Source of the DNA: Lingula anatina
Lineage: Eukaryota; Animalia; Brachiopoda
DNA: 64,000 nucleotides
Reading direction: 5' to 3'
NCBI GenBank assembly: GCA_051362555.1
Contig: CM120648.1
Location: forward strand, 411,721 to 475,720
The notes under the pieces were generated by a model that was given only the letters and a program-made list of their open reading frames with translations, did not search any database and was not told the DNA's origin. The position numbers and the translations under genes were made by a program. Below are positions 12,797-25,500 of the stretch, in pieces. Numbering within the stretch: the first letter of the stretch is position 1; the number at the start of each line of letters is the position of its first letter.

Positions 12797-15686
12797 TAAT
12801 AGTTATGTAGTTACATGTTACTAGGCATCAGGACTTAAAAAGAGCAGAGGCTAGCGCTGATACGAATATTGCTAGTGATTGGAACTTCGTTTACTTTCTA
12901 TGATTATGCAAGATGGGTATTTCGTAAATTATTTATATTATTCGTGATTATGCAAGATAATACAAGCGAAGTACTTTTCTCGACTCCTTCCAAAATGGAT
13001 AACCAGTTGGACTACATGCGTGTCGCAATACATGCTAATTCTTAGTAAACACATTTATCACATGACACTTTGCCACTGAAGGCAATTTAACTCTGATTAA
13101 GTAAATATGTATAACATAAATCTCTGTCTGCAGATATACTAAAGTAGAACATCCCAATTACCTCATACTTCAAGCGATGACTCAAGTATTGACTTATGAT
13201 TAGATATACTCTATAGTGTACTTGTCACTGATGACTTCCCTTCAATGGGGTTCCTGGTAGCAGGCCGTAATGTGGCCCATATAGGACCAGTGTGGGTTAC
13301 TACCTGGTTCACAGTGGGCAGGGATGTGGGTGCTTTGTGGCTCCCAACAATTTAGACCTTTCAGGACCTCCGGGGGTCAGGGCATATGGCCAAAGTTACA
13401 CAGGGTTACCCCTCCAGACCAGTGGCGAGTTTAGAGGGGGGTGTCCTGGATTCGTCCCTGCTCCAGACCATCTGGGCTGGCAGATGCGCAGTGCTCGGAA
13501 CCAGTTTTTCTGTAGCTTAATAACAGTCCATATTTGACGTTTGAGAATTCTTCGGCCAATTAAACCAATGTCAACGGAAGCTTTTACACTCCAGTCTACG
13601 CCCAAATGGGCCAAGTAGGTCCCGCACTGAGTTTTAAATAATTGTTTAAAATATATCGATCATTTCTTCCAGCGAATAAACGGCAGTCTGTTAAAATGGA
13701 AGATTGTTGCACAGTGAATATTAAAAAAGAATGCCGGCAAGGGTAACATAAGGATCAAATATATGAATAAATAAATAAAGAAAGAGAGAAAAAAAATTAT
13801 TTACCTTAAATAACATTACCTTATTTACATAAATCTAATTAAACCCCAGTAAGACAGTAGGCCTATATTTGTCCAGTAAGTTTAAATATAGCTCCTTCTC
13901 TGCAGTCGGCCCTATAACACAAATGACGTGGAGCATGTTTCAGACCCGTGCCAGTTTCTGTTCTATTTATGTGGACAACCATGTGGCCCAGAAGAACAAA
14001 TTTTGATCTAAAATGTTTCGCACTGTAGATAAGTAAAATTATTTTGTGAAAACGGACCGCAATGGCCGTAAAAGGACGAAGAATACTTCAAGGTCCGTAG
14101 ACAGCAATTTCAAATGGGGAGTTGTTTTTCTGCAAAAGTGGACCTTTTGCCATAAATCCTTTGTGTACCTAGATCATTTTTTTTACCCAAAGCAGACTTT
14201 ACCTGGCAAAAAGGGCGGTTCGCTCAACTCCCTCCAAGCTCCCCCTGGCTACAGGTCTGACTGTGCTCCCTGTACAAGTATTTTAGTCATCAATGACTAC
14301 TGGTTTCAGAAACTTATCTATTGCAAAGCAATTATACTCATCTGAGAACAGTTACTATAGCGACTGTCCATGACACTTACACTGAGGTTCAAGAGCTTCT
14401 TGCGTTCCCACCATCAGAAGCAGGCACCATACTACGAACCATCCATTTAAAGGCGCCATGTTCTTTTAAAGGACCCAAGACGCAATTTTTATCTCTCCAG
14501 AGTACCCTTGAGGCCGAACAGGCTTTATTTGCTGGGATATGTCCACGAGAATCCGGTTCCTTTTACACCTCGATGGTTAAGTCAACGTGCCCGCTGTGAA
14601 AAGCCTTTTGCTCCTGTTTTTGACCACCAATCCTTACTTAGAGATGTTTTCAAGTAAATGTAATATATGTATGGTCAGATGTATCAACCGGGTTTCTTGT
14701 CTCGAGGTTTGTCTAAGATAGATGAGCTTGTCTAAGATAGCTGAGCTGGTCGAAGATAGCTGAGCTTGGTGCTATCAACAGAAGTCCGCTTGCCACAAGA
14801 CCAAACACACGCAGGCCATATCTTAATGCCATCAATTCTATCGGTCCCCGTGTCAACACAATGCCAATAAGAAGTGTCAACATACCCTGGCTGCACTGAA
14901 TACGTTCACCAGTCACCTATTTAGGGCAGGAAAAAAGTTTCTCTCTCTTATCAGTAGCTCTTGATATAGAAAAAACGTAAGTGATACGTGTAGGTATTTC
15001 GTCTGTTGATCGGTCATAAGATGTTGGGGCCACTCAGAATAGAAGATCCGAGTATCAACTGGTCCAAAGCTCAAATATGGCGGACCCTTCATGAAAAGAA
15101 GACCGCTTAACCTGTAATGGTTTATCGCCCACTCACAGGCCTCTCCATACGCCTGATAGAATGGAGCCAAGATTTAAATACTGTGCCCCTGTAGGGGCCC
15201 GATTTCCTTATACTCAGGCTAACCCTTACGCACCTATGCATATACTAGTACAGTATCAAAAGGCATAATAACTTCGGAGGGCATAGAAAAGAGGGATAAT
15301 GCCATGCTCTTAAAGAAATTAAAACAACGGGAAGTCAATATACCTTGAATTTCAGAGTTCTATAATAGTGGAATCCTTTCTGAACTGGCACCAACACGGA
15401 CTGTCATTATTAATGTATATCTGGATCCATGGACTCGACTTGGGGTGGCGCCAAATTGCGTCCCTGACACAATATGCAACACGCAGAACCAAAACGTGAT
15501 GTCAAATAAATGGTACAGATCTGCTGTGGGCTGCTTTTATTTGATTCTGCATTGTTCTTTGTGCTTAACGGCGGTGCTGGATGTGCCACTGTTAGATTTA
15601 TGTAAAGGGAGCAGAGATTTAAATAAAACAAGGCAGCAAAGCTGTCAAATGTACAGACAAAGAACAGAAAATAAAGATGCAAATAA

Positions 15687-16379
15687 GTGAAAAATTAAAT
15701 TTTCACAAAAAACTGTTAAATTGCCAGAAAAATTTACCAAACAGACTGCGTTGCCTATTGAAGCTGTATGTTAGACCCATGTTTCTTTCCTGTAAGTTTG
15801 AGAACAGTAAGTGACATGATTTCCCTTATATGGTCATCATAGGAGCAGTGCCCAAAATAGGGGTTTCTTCAAATTTTGATGCAACATTACATAATGTTTA
15901 ACAGCATAATGACAATCAAATGTTATTAATAAAATATTAGTAACATGGACATTCAGAAAATGTGACAAGTAAAAGTCTTCAAGATCATGGAACTTTAAAG
16001 TCACACCTTGAAAATGCCAATATGTGAAAAATTAAATTTTCACAAAAAACTGTTTAACTGCCAAAATAAATAAATAAATAAATAAAAATACCAAACAGAC
16101 TGCATTGCCTACTGAAGCTGTATTTTAGTCCCATGTTTCTTTCCCTTAAGTTTGAGAACAGTAAGTGACATGATTTTCCTTAAATGGTCATCATGGAAGC
16201 AGTGCCCAAAATAGGGGTTTCTTCAAATTTTGATGCAATATTACATAATGTTTAACAGCTTAATGACCATCAATTTTTAATTATAATATATTTGTTTCAC
16301 AGATATTCAGAAAATGTGACTAGCAAAGGTCTTCAGGCCCATGGAACTTCAAAGTCACGCCTTGAAAATGCCAAAATGT
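15687..16379. repeat. ~340-bp direct tandem duplication within HINE copy 1
   Basis: GTGAAAAATTAAATTTTCACAAAAAACTGTT at 15687 and 16024, with colinear similarity through CCTTGAAAATGCCAA. Confidence 0.85.
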
Positions 16380-16774
16380 AAACAAGACAGCACTGTTCTG
16401 AAATGGGTTTATTTCCATTTTTAACACTTTTTTAACATAAAACAAAATAAACATTTTACTGCCATTTTATATGACCAACTAAGAAAATTGATGAGATGGG
16501 AAAAGTATCAATAGAACAGTGTTAAATGTCCAATTTCCTCCATTCTGAGATTCTGAACATAGTGGATGATTGAATCTGACAAATTGCAATGATATGAGTT
16601 TATTTCCATTTTTGACACTTTATTACACAATACATGATAACAAGTTTACCATGTTTTTTACATAATCAACTAACAATGTTGTAAAGATGCAGGAAATATC
16701 AAACAAACACTTTTAGGCATCTTATTAGTTAAATAATGAGACTGTTAACATGCCTAATAATTGAATCTGAGGAA

Positions 16775-17398
16775 ATGTGAAAAACAGTATAACTTCTAAA
16801 ATAATGGCCTGATTATGCTGATTTTCGAACTCAACCTGCGTTTTAGTAAGATTGACCACTCCTGTGAGTATGATTACAATTGGCCAATCCGTTTTTCTTA
16901 TATTGTGTTATCAGTGTTGTATTTATATTGAAAATAGTGAAAAAACAGCATAAATTCCCTAAAAATGGCCCAATCATGCTGATTTTCGAACTTGACCTGC
17001 GTATTATGAATATTCATCAGTTCTGTAAGTTTCAAGGCAAAAGGTAAAATGGTTTTCCACTTATCGTGTTATCGGTGCTGCATATATGCTGAAAAAAGTG
17101 AAAAAAACAGCATAAATTCCCTAAAAGTGACCCGATCATGCTGATTTTCGAACTTGACCTGCGTACTATGAATATTCATCAGTTCTGTAAGTTTCAAGGC
17201 AAAAGGTAAAATGGTTTTCCACTTATCGTGTTATCGGTGCTGCATATATGCTGAAAAAAGTGAAAAAACAGCATAAATTCCCTAAAAGTGACCCGATCAT
17301 GCTGATTTTCGAACTTGACCTGCGTATTATGAATATTCATCAGTTCTGCAAGTTTCAAGTCAAAAGGTAAAATGGTTTTCCACTTATCGTGTTATCGG
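16775..17398 (-). repeat. ~161-bp tandem repeat (about 4 units) inside HINE copy 1
   Basis: Motif TTATC(G/A)GT recurs ending at 16914, 17075, 17237 and 17398. The leftmost unit is degenerate. Confidence 0.9.
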
Positions 17399-18239
17399 TA
17401 AAAGTGCACGGCGACGACGGCGACGACGGCGACGACAGACGCAGATGATGGCTATATGTACAGACACATCTGTGTCTGTACATAAAAAGTAAGCAATGGG
17501 CAATTTTACTGTAAAACCTACACTTTCTCGACTCGTAATTTATCATATTTTGATTTGTTAATGTAATCTGTACAAAGAAACATGAAAGGAATATTCATTT
17601 GTATGTTTTCCTGATGTTACGAATATTATTCCATTGTCCCCGAAAATATTAATGACTACTCGTTTTACTAGCATATTTTAGATGGGAAATGATGATTACA
17701 TGTACGCAGCATTGAACCTGATTACGTATTTCCTGTGTTGAAAAAATATTGTGTATTGTTGAGAGTTGTACAGCAGAAAAGCCGTTGGGTTATGAATATA
17801 TTGTGAATACGTATCCCGTTTAGAAATGATGGTCTATTTTGAAAATCCGAGATGCAGTTAATATTCCTACTACAGTCAACAGTGCACACGGAAAAGAATA
17901 ACACGGACCCAGGTTGTAGCACCAACAGAATATATTTGACTAAACTATATGAAATATACATGGTACATTTACAATAAAGGTCTGTTAAGAACTTCAATCC
18001 AAATTTCTCCTTTTTTTAGTATTGCTGAAATCTTTATGTTTAACTTTATCAATTTAATACAACGTCAATCAGAAAAATCATAAACTGATTGGTATACATG
18101 TAATTACTTCAAACCAAGGTGGACACAAACACAAGAAATCCTTCCAATGTACATGCACTTCTAAAAGATTACCAGGCTTGACACAAGAACAGTAAAATTA
18201 TTACTTATAAGGTGTGAAATATTATGTAAGATTGATACC

Positions 18240-19720
18240 GAGTCCGGACAGTCAATCTACATGCGACAACCAGCCACCATGAGGGATGCTATGCAGCTGG
18301 CTAAGATGCACAGGGAAATGAGGGTCACCATGGAGAGTGCTGGCAAGAAGTTGCGCCACCGGGGCAAATGAGCCAGCCACGGTGGTACCCTAAGAGGAGA
18401 GCTCTAGCTACGAACTGGCGCAGATAATACGCACCATTCGGGAAATGGAGAGGGCATCAAAAGATGTCCGCCAGGAGCTCAGTAGACAGCCAGCCTAACT
18501 ACTGCCCAGGCATCTCACGTAGAGGCCAGGGAGGGAGTGGGCAATGGTGACCTAGTATAAATGAATTTATTATCGTTTAACGAGTCAACGTGAATGTGTT
18601 AGAGAAGTAAGTCAGGTGAGAAAATGAGTTCATAGGGCGGGGAATTTGAGATGCGCAAATTGTGTATTACGCAGTAAGATAAAAAGAATCGTGAGATGAG
18701 TAGTTTTCATTCGAGACTGTTTAAGCCACCTGCGTCGGACTGGTGAAGTAAATGGCAAATATGTGACAAAAGAATATTTTAGATAATATCGATAGCATAC
18801 GAAGAAATTATAAGCCGGTCAAAAAAGTAATGCTGTAATGTTAGTAATTGACAGCCATGAGTGAATAAGAAGCGGGGAGTGTTTTGTAGAGTAAATAGAG
18901 TTGATTGACATGACTTCGTCGTACTTAAGCGCAGAATATAATGTAAACGACGGAGAACGATGTAAGAGGTTGTAGGGTGATGAAGAAATCGTAGATAACA
19001 TAGAAAGAATACGAAGGAACATGGAAGTTGTTTGTACTTACCTCACGTAAGCAGTAAGACAAAGTCGATACCTTCGTCACAATGTATATAAGAGGAGGTA
19101 CAAGAGCGGCCAGTTGCGATAAGTCATTGTATTGAAAAAGGGTATACGTTTTCTGCGAGATATTAGACAATTAATGACTTGTATGGGATTAAGTGAAACG
19201 AATAAGAATAGAGGTGCTTTAAGTGCAGCAACCCTGCTCACTTTGGAAGGGAGTGCCCAGAAGCGGGAAAGTCAACAGGGTTGGGGCGCCAGGCCAACCC
19301 TCCACAGGCCCCAGCAGAGGCCCAGACGTTGAGAATAAGCTCAGTGAGAAACTCAGGGTACCCGAAGAGTCAGTGCTCAGATTTGGGTTGTAAAGAAATC
19401 AGGATGTACTGTATCCACGGAGGTACAAGTCACAACACTTGTAGTTACCCAGAAACTCAGGGTACCCGGGGGAATCAGCAGTCAGTGCTCAGGTGAGGGC
19501 TGTTCAAGAACCCAAGGCAAACTGTACCCATGAAGTTATCTGCAGTTACGCAGAAACACAGGGTACCCGAGGAATCAGCAGTCAGATGTGGGTTGTAAAG
19601 AACCCAGGGTGCATCGTACCCACGGAGAAGAGTGTAGTGCCTGGGGTCAAAGTGCAAAGAAAGCTGCGGAGATCCAGAAATTCAAAAGATGAGTACGCAG
19701 CCGAAATATAAGGTTCTGCA
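18240..19720 (+). mobile_element. Possible decayed LTR-retrotransposon (gag-like) remnant
   Basis: Purine- and GC-richer blocks at 18240-18553 (translates RQPATMRDAMQLAKMHREM, reminiscent of Ty3/gypsy gag C-termini) and 19230-19720 (three GAAAC(T/A)CAGGGTACCCG repeats). No intact ORF or LTR pair was seen. Confidence 0.25.
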
Positions 19721-20008
19721 AGAAGGCGCCATTTTGAAGAAATTTCTAGAAATCAGGAGATTGACTTGCCATCCACGCGAGGTCACTCACTAGTTAGAAG
19801 ACCTGAAAACTCATAGCCTAGGTGCTATACATTATCTGACTTCTCGAATTAGAGAAAACTTCCAACATTTAGAAACTCATTGACACATGTTACACAAGCT
19901 TGGGAAATAAGTTAATACAGTAATTCTACTGTTATTCGTTAGAGACCATTAAAATTCTCTCGTGCTGGAAATAATGTTTTTATCCAGAAGTGTTATCTTG
20001 TGCACAGC

Positions 20009-21783
20009 ATGATGGCCACAGAATCCTGGAAAGAGTTTGGATTGAATGTTTCAGAAGAGATGATGCCAACTGCAAATGCAACAGACGTAGACTACTTTTC
20101 CTGCTTAAGTCTTTACTGTTGGCCTCTTATTGTTCATAATGCAATTTTGGCCGTCATTGTAACGGGAGCTAATGATCTCGTTATATTGGCCTTTGCAAAA
20201 TATAAAGAACTTCGAGAGAAGACAATTTTTACAATCGCAAGCCTTGCCGAAGTCAGTTTTCTGACTGGAACTATTTGCAAGCCGTTCAATAGAGTTGCAG
20301 CATGTGTGATGAAAAATCGACTTATCCTTTCTGATAAATTGTCTTTTCTAAAAATATACATGAACTTGGTAAGCGTGTTGATTTCTGTGGATCACAAGCT
20401 GTTCATTGCATCTGAAAGATACATGAAAATCTGTCGACATATGCGATATGTGACAGTGGTAACAAATAAGAAGATTACTGGAGCAATTGCTCTCTGCTGG
20501 ATTTACCCAATGTGCCTTTCTCTCTCACCATTCATGGGTTGGAATACGTGGACTCCAACTGTGGAATGTGCGGCCCGTTATGTCCAACAGGAATTCGTGA
20601 CAAAGTGATCGTTCCGCACTACCCCGCTTTGGGGTTTCATGTTGCAATTATTACACGTCAGGAGGTAGAGGATGGCAGTTTATCAACAAAAACGACCAAA
20701 AGTGCATTAACACGGACCAAATGATGGACAATTGGATTTAAAAAAAGGTGGAAACAACAAGACTGAAGTGCAGCCGCCAACAGCCGTCAAAGGACAGCTG
20801 TCAACATCGAATGGATGTGTTCCTTCTAAGAAACAAAATGTCTTACATTTTAAAAATCTAACAGCCGCTGCAGATTTAGAGGAAGTGCCACCATCAAAGA
20901 TATGCGATATGTGACAGTGGTAACAAATAAGAAGATTACTGGAGCAATTGCTCTCTGATGGATTTACCCGATGTGCCTTTCTCTCTCACCATTTATGGGT
21001 TGGAATACGTGGACTCCAACTGTGGAATGCGCGGCCCGTTATGTCCAACAGGAATTCGTGACAAAATTGATCATTCATCATTATACCCCGTTTATCGTAT
21101 ATTAGCTTTTGGGTTTAATGCTGCACGTATTATACATGTCAGGCGACAGAGGATGATAGTTTATAAGTATAATATCAACAAAAACGACCAAAAGTGCATT
21201 AACACGGACCAAATGATGGACAATTGGATTTTGAAAAAATGGAACCAACAAGATTGAAGTGCAGCCACCAACAGCTGACGAAGGACAGCTGTCAACATCG
21301 AATGGATGTGTTCCTTCTTAGAAACTAAAAGTCTTACATTTTAAAAATCTAACAGCCGTTGCAGATTTAGAGGTAGTGCCACCATCGGAGATTAACTTAC
21401 AGGGGAAAGGCAAGGGACAAAAGAAGTGCTCCGAAGCCGCTCCTAAAGCCGTTTGGGTCTAGCCAAAGTTCAAAGACCAACACAAGAGACAAACTAACAC
21501 ACAAAATCAAACAAACAGACAGACAGATGAACAAAAAATGTACTCGATTAAAAAGATTCTAAGATAACAGCAATTACCTTAGTGGCATCGGTGGCCTTTT
21601 TTTCTAAAAAAGCATTTCAAATACAACTCATATACTTCGAACATTTTGTTTAACAATAGAATCAGAATTGCACTGACTAGTTCAGTAATAAATCCAATTT
21701 TATATGGGATATTGAATAGGCGGATCAGAGTGGCACTTCTTGCTATTCTAAAATGTAGACAGAGTGTTCAGCTGCATGTTTAA
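20009..21783 (+). pseudogene. Disrupted intronless rhodopsin-class GPCR (adenosine/amine-receptor-like)
   Basis: ORF to 20608 encodes TM1-TM4 (ANDLVILAFAKYKELR, LFIASERYMKI, IALCWIYP..PFMGWN) and then stops. A ~460-bp internal tandem duplication follows with indels and a TGA. TM7 SVINPILYGILNRRIR lies at ~21673-21730, ending with TAA at 21783. Confidence 0.8.
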
Positions 21784-22563
21784 CATGGAGTTGATGTAGT
21801 ACTGGGGCTACATGAAAAAAAAAATATATATATATATATAATCGAATTTCAAACAACAAATTTAAGTTTTCAATCAAGTTTTCAGAATTTGAGAAAAGAT
21901 TGGTAAACTTTGTTCTCACTTTTCTAAATTCACAACAATGATCGGAGCTTCCATCATAAGAAGGAACATACATGTTTCCCCTGATAACACAGGGGCTTCT
22001 AAAATAGTACACACAATTTAAGAACATGATACAATATGTAACAGGTAACTAGAGATCCCTGCAAACAATCACTTCTATCACAACTAAAGAATGGCAACTA
22101 TAACAGCAATAAAACTAAATTAAAAAGCAGGATGCATGATGTTGCCACTTTCAGTATCATCTTACTGTAAACATAAAAACAAAATCAATTCACAGGTTAA
22201 CTGTCCATGGAGCAGAGATGAAATAGAATTAAACAATTTTTTCTAGTTGAAACATCTTTAAAAAATTATAAATAAGGCAAAATAAAAATACATTAATGAA
22301 AGCCCACTATAAGATAAAAAGTAAGAGAAAGGAAAACAAACATGCAAGAGCTCTCTAAAATATCAAGTATTTTCTTGACTAGAATCAATCTGGAACTAAA
22401 TACCACAAAAAATAATGTTTCCAATCCAATCTAATGGGTTTAATTTAATATTGGCTGTAACGCAAAAGGTGCCTTACTGCTGAAAATTGTATACACAACA
22501 TTTTACATTATCTATAAGTACACAATCAGCCATATCTTTCATATCCACTATTGCACTATAACC

Positions 22564-25500
22564 TTACTTTGGTAAACAAAATCGTATTGCAAGTCCAGCA
22601 CCTAATAAAGCAAATGAAAACAAAAATGCCAAAGTTCTTCTAAAAATTAACTGCCCCTTAGACAGCTGCCCATGTTTGATCTCAGGGACTTCTCTGTCAG
22701 GTAGGACGGTATAAGGTGACATGTAGCGTTTCTGAGTAGCACACCTACTGCGGGGGCGTCTTGTCCTGGACCGGCTCCGCCTGGTGTGTAATAAAGGCGA
22801 TGCACTGTCTCTATTAGCCTCTGACTCGCTGTGGTAATCTGAGTACTCTAAAAATGTAAGATGAGCTTCTGGTTAACTTAGTTTCACAACTAGTGTATCC
22901 TCTTAAATCGTTCAGTAATGGGATAGTGTTACCAATCTAACATAAATTACCTTAATACAAAGAATATCTAACTTAAATTACTTCAAGTCATGCTAAATGC
23001 TTAGCAAAACAAAATTATCTCCATATAAAGATGTCTCATTGACCCAAACACCAATCTGCCTGACTACCCTTACACCAGTCTGCCTGAATACCAACACCTG
23101 AAAACAAAAACACCCACCTGTGCCTATATACCAACACGCCCATTTGTGCCTGAATACCAACACACCCACCTGTGCCTGAATACCAACACGCCCACTTGTG
23201 CCTGAATACCAACACACCCACCAGTGCCTGAATACCAACACACCCACCTGTGCCTGAATACCAACACACCCACCTGTGCCTGAATACCAACACACCCACC
23301 TGTGCCTAAATACCAACACACCCACCTGTGCCTAAATACCAACACACCCACCTGTGCCTAAATACCAACACACCCACCTGCTTCTGAGTCTGACTGGAAC
23401 CTCTCTTGCACCTGCTGGTCATCACCTGCAGCCTCGTCTATCACACCTGCTCTCACCTGGGCCTGAGGAGATGGACAATAGTTATTTAGTAAACCTCATC
23501 TAACACACCTGCTCTCACCTGGGCCTGAGGAGATGGACAATAGTTATTTAGTAAACCTCATCTAACACACCTGCTCTCACCTGGGCCTGAGGAGATGGAC
23601 AATAGTTATTTAGTAAACCTCATCTAACACACCTGCTCTCACCTGGGCCTGAGGAGATGGACAATAGTTATTTAGTAAACCTCATCTAACACACCTGCTC
23701 TCACCTGGGCCTGAGGAGATGGACAATAGTTATTTAGTAAACCTCATCAGGGATGGATGGAAGCCCTCTTCTGAGTATTCCAGATGATGGTCAGAAATTT
23801 TCAATTTTACACTGACGGGGATCCAATTTTTGTGGGAAGATGGTCAAAAATGAAGGATAGATCAACACAGATACTGTGGAAAACTGTCTAAAAATATCTC
23901 CAGAGCTGCTCCCACTCATGTCCAGAAAACGGAAACCAAACAATTACTTTGCAGGCCCTCTTGGGGCCTGGAAAAGACTTGATCTGCTGCAAAATTTGAC
24001 CACAGTTTTACGATTAACATTAGACAAGAGTATAAACTGATATATACCTTTAATACTTCTTTATCCCACTTAGTAAAGCACTGGACCACAATAAAAGCTG
24101 CCAGGGATTCTACTGCAAGCGCAATAGCAAGTCCCATCCAGAAGCCTTAAAGTAAATGTTATATTTAAATATTTCAATCACCAAATCTTTGACCAAAAAT
24201 CTATCAGGTCAGAAAGAAAGAATTATATACTCATAATATAGGTTTCATTACAAATTATAGAACAAAGAATATCAACAGGTTTGAATGTTATTTGTAAATA
24301 TACACATGTATGTTTTCCAAAAATTTTAAACTGAATAAATAAAAAAAATTAAAAAATTATCAAATTGAGAAGTGAGTCAGAAAGATGATGGGTACAGATA
24401 ATACCAGTAGAAAGACCTATGAGATAATAGTAGATAAATATGATGACAGGCCTAATGGACTGTCAATACTTACCTTTCACTGTGAGATCAGTCAGAAAGA
24501 GGACAGGTATAGATATAGGAAGGCCTATGATGTAATAACAGACAAATATGATGATAGCACCAATGGTTTGTTTGCCTGCTCCTCGTAGGATTCCATTACA
24601 AACTGCCTGGAAAAAAAAGAAAAGAAAAAAACAGAAAATAATAGTAGGATCACATACCAGTGTGCTAAACAGTTTATTTCAAATATTTATGTAATATTTT
24701 GAAAAACCAAGCAAAAAAAGGCCTTGTGAAATTATTGGTATGTTCCTTTTTTTCTATGCAAATTAATTTATTTTGGTTGTAAATGTTCATTAAGTAAGGG
24801 GCATTCCTGGATATTATACAAAATTATTGCATCATCCTTTTCCTAAACTGACTGAATGTTTTTGCTGCTCACATTTCTACCAAATCACATTCCAAAAGTC
24901 AAGATGGGGTCCAAATAATTATTTTATGCTTCTCTAACAAAAACAATGCCAAAAAATATTTAAACAGCATAACACTGCTAAGATTTATTATGAGAAATGG
25001 CCTGCAATGATTTATTTTTCAAACGGTCCGTTATTCATTTTCATGTAAACATATCATATTAATCACTTACGGCTGTGCCATCAAACACTGTAAAAATTGC
25101 CAGTACAGGGATTGCATCTGCTGCCAATGATATCACCTTTCTACAGACAAAAAAATTGTTTTTTAAAAATATGACTGACATGCTATAATAATAAATAATT
25201 AAAAACAAACACTATAATTCTATAAGAGGTAAATGACAGAAAGTCACTCTTTAACTCTCATTTTTAACTTTACTTTACAAGAATGAAATAAAACATAATA
25301 AGTTAACTCTATTTAACTCTAATAAGCAATCTAATGATTACTTTTCCCTACATTTAAGTCAAATAATGTCCAGTTAAGTTCTTTTTATAAGATTTCAAAC
25401 TTCAATAGCTCTTTTATTAAAAAAATGAGTATTAAACATAACCATATGTTAAAGATGGAATACTGAAATCTTACACCTGCCAAGGCCTTTCAGAAATACA

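Larger units (their letters stand above)
15627..17488 (-). mobile_element. Non-autonomous Helentron-type element (HINE/DINE-1/pearl-like), copy 1
   Basis: On the minus strand it starts TTTTTA-TGTACAGACA-CAGATG-TGTCTGTACA (subterminal IR plus palindrome), then a (GTC/GCC)n microsatellite, ~161-bp tandem repeats and a body, and ends with the matching TGTCTGTACA followed by a small stem-loop (CAGC-TTT-GCTG) and CCTTGTT. A second copy lies at 41155-43957. Confidence 0.8.

Noticed and set aside
22993-23351. Three overlapping repetitive ORFs (GVLVFRHRWVCWYSG...)
   Set aside because: Artefact of a stop-free 26-nt minisatellite.
23085-23748. CRISPR-like appearance of short regular repeats (also 34468-34712 and 52379-52618)
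   Set aside because: Units are head-to-tail with no unique spacers, there are no cas genes, and the context is eukaryotic introns.
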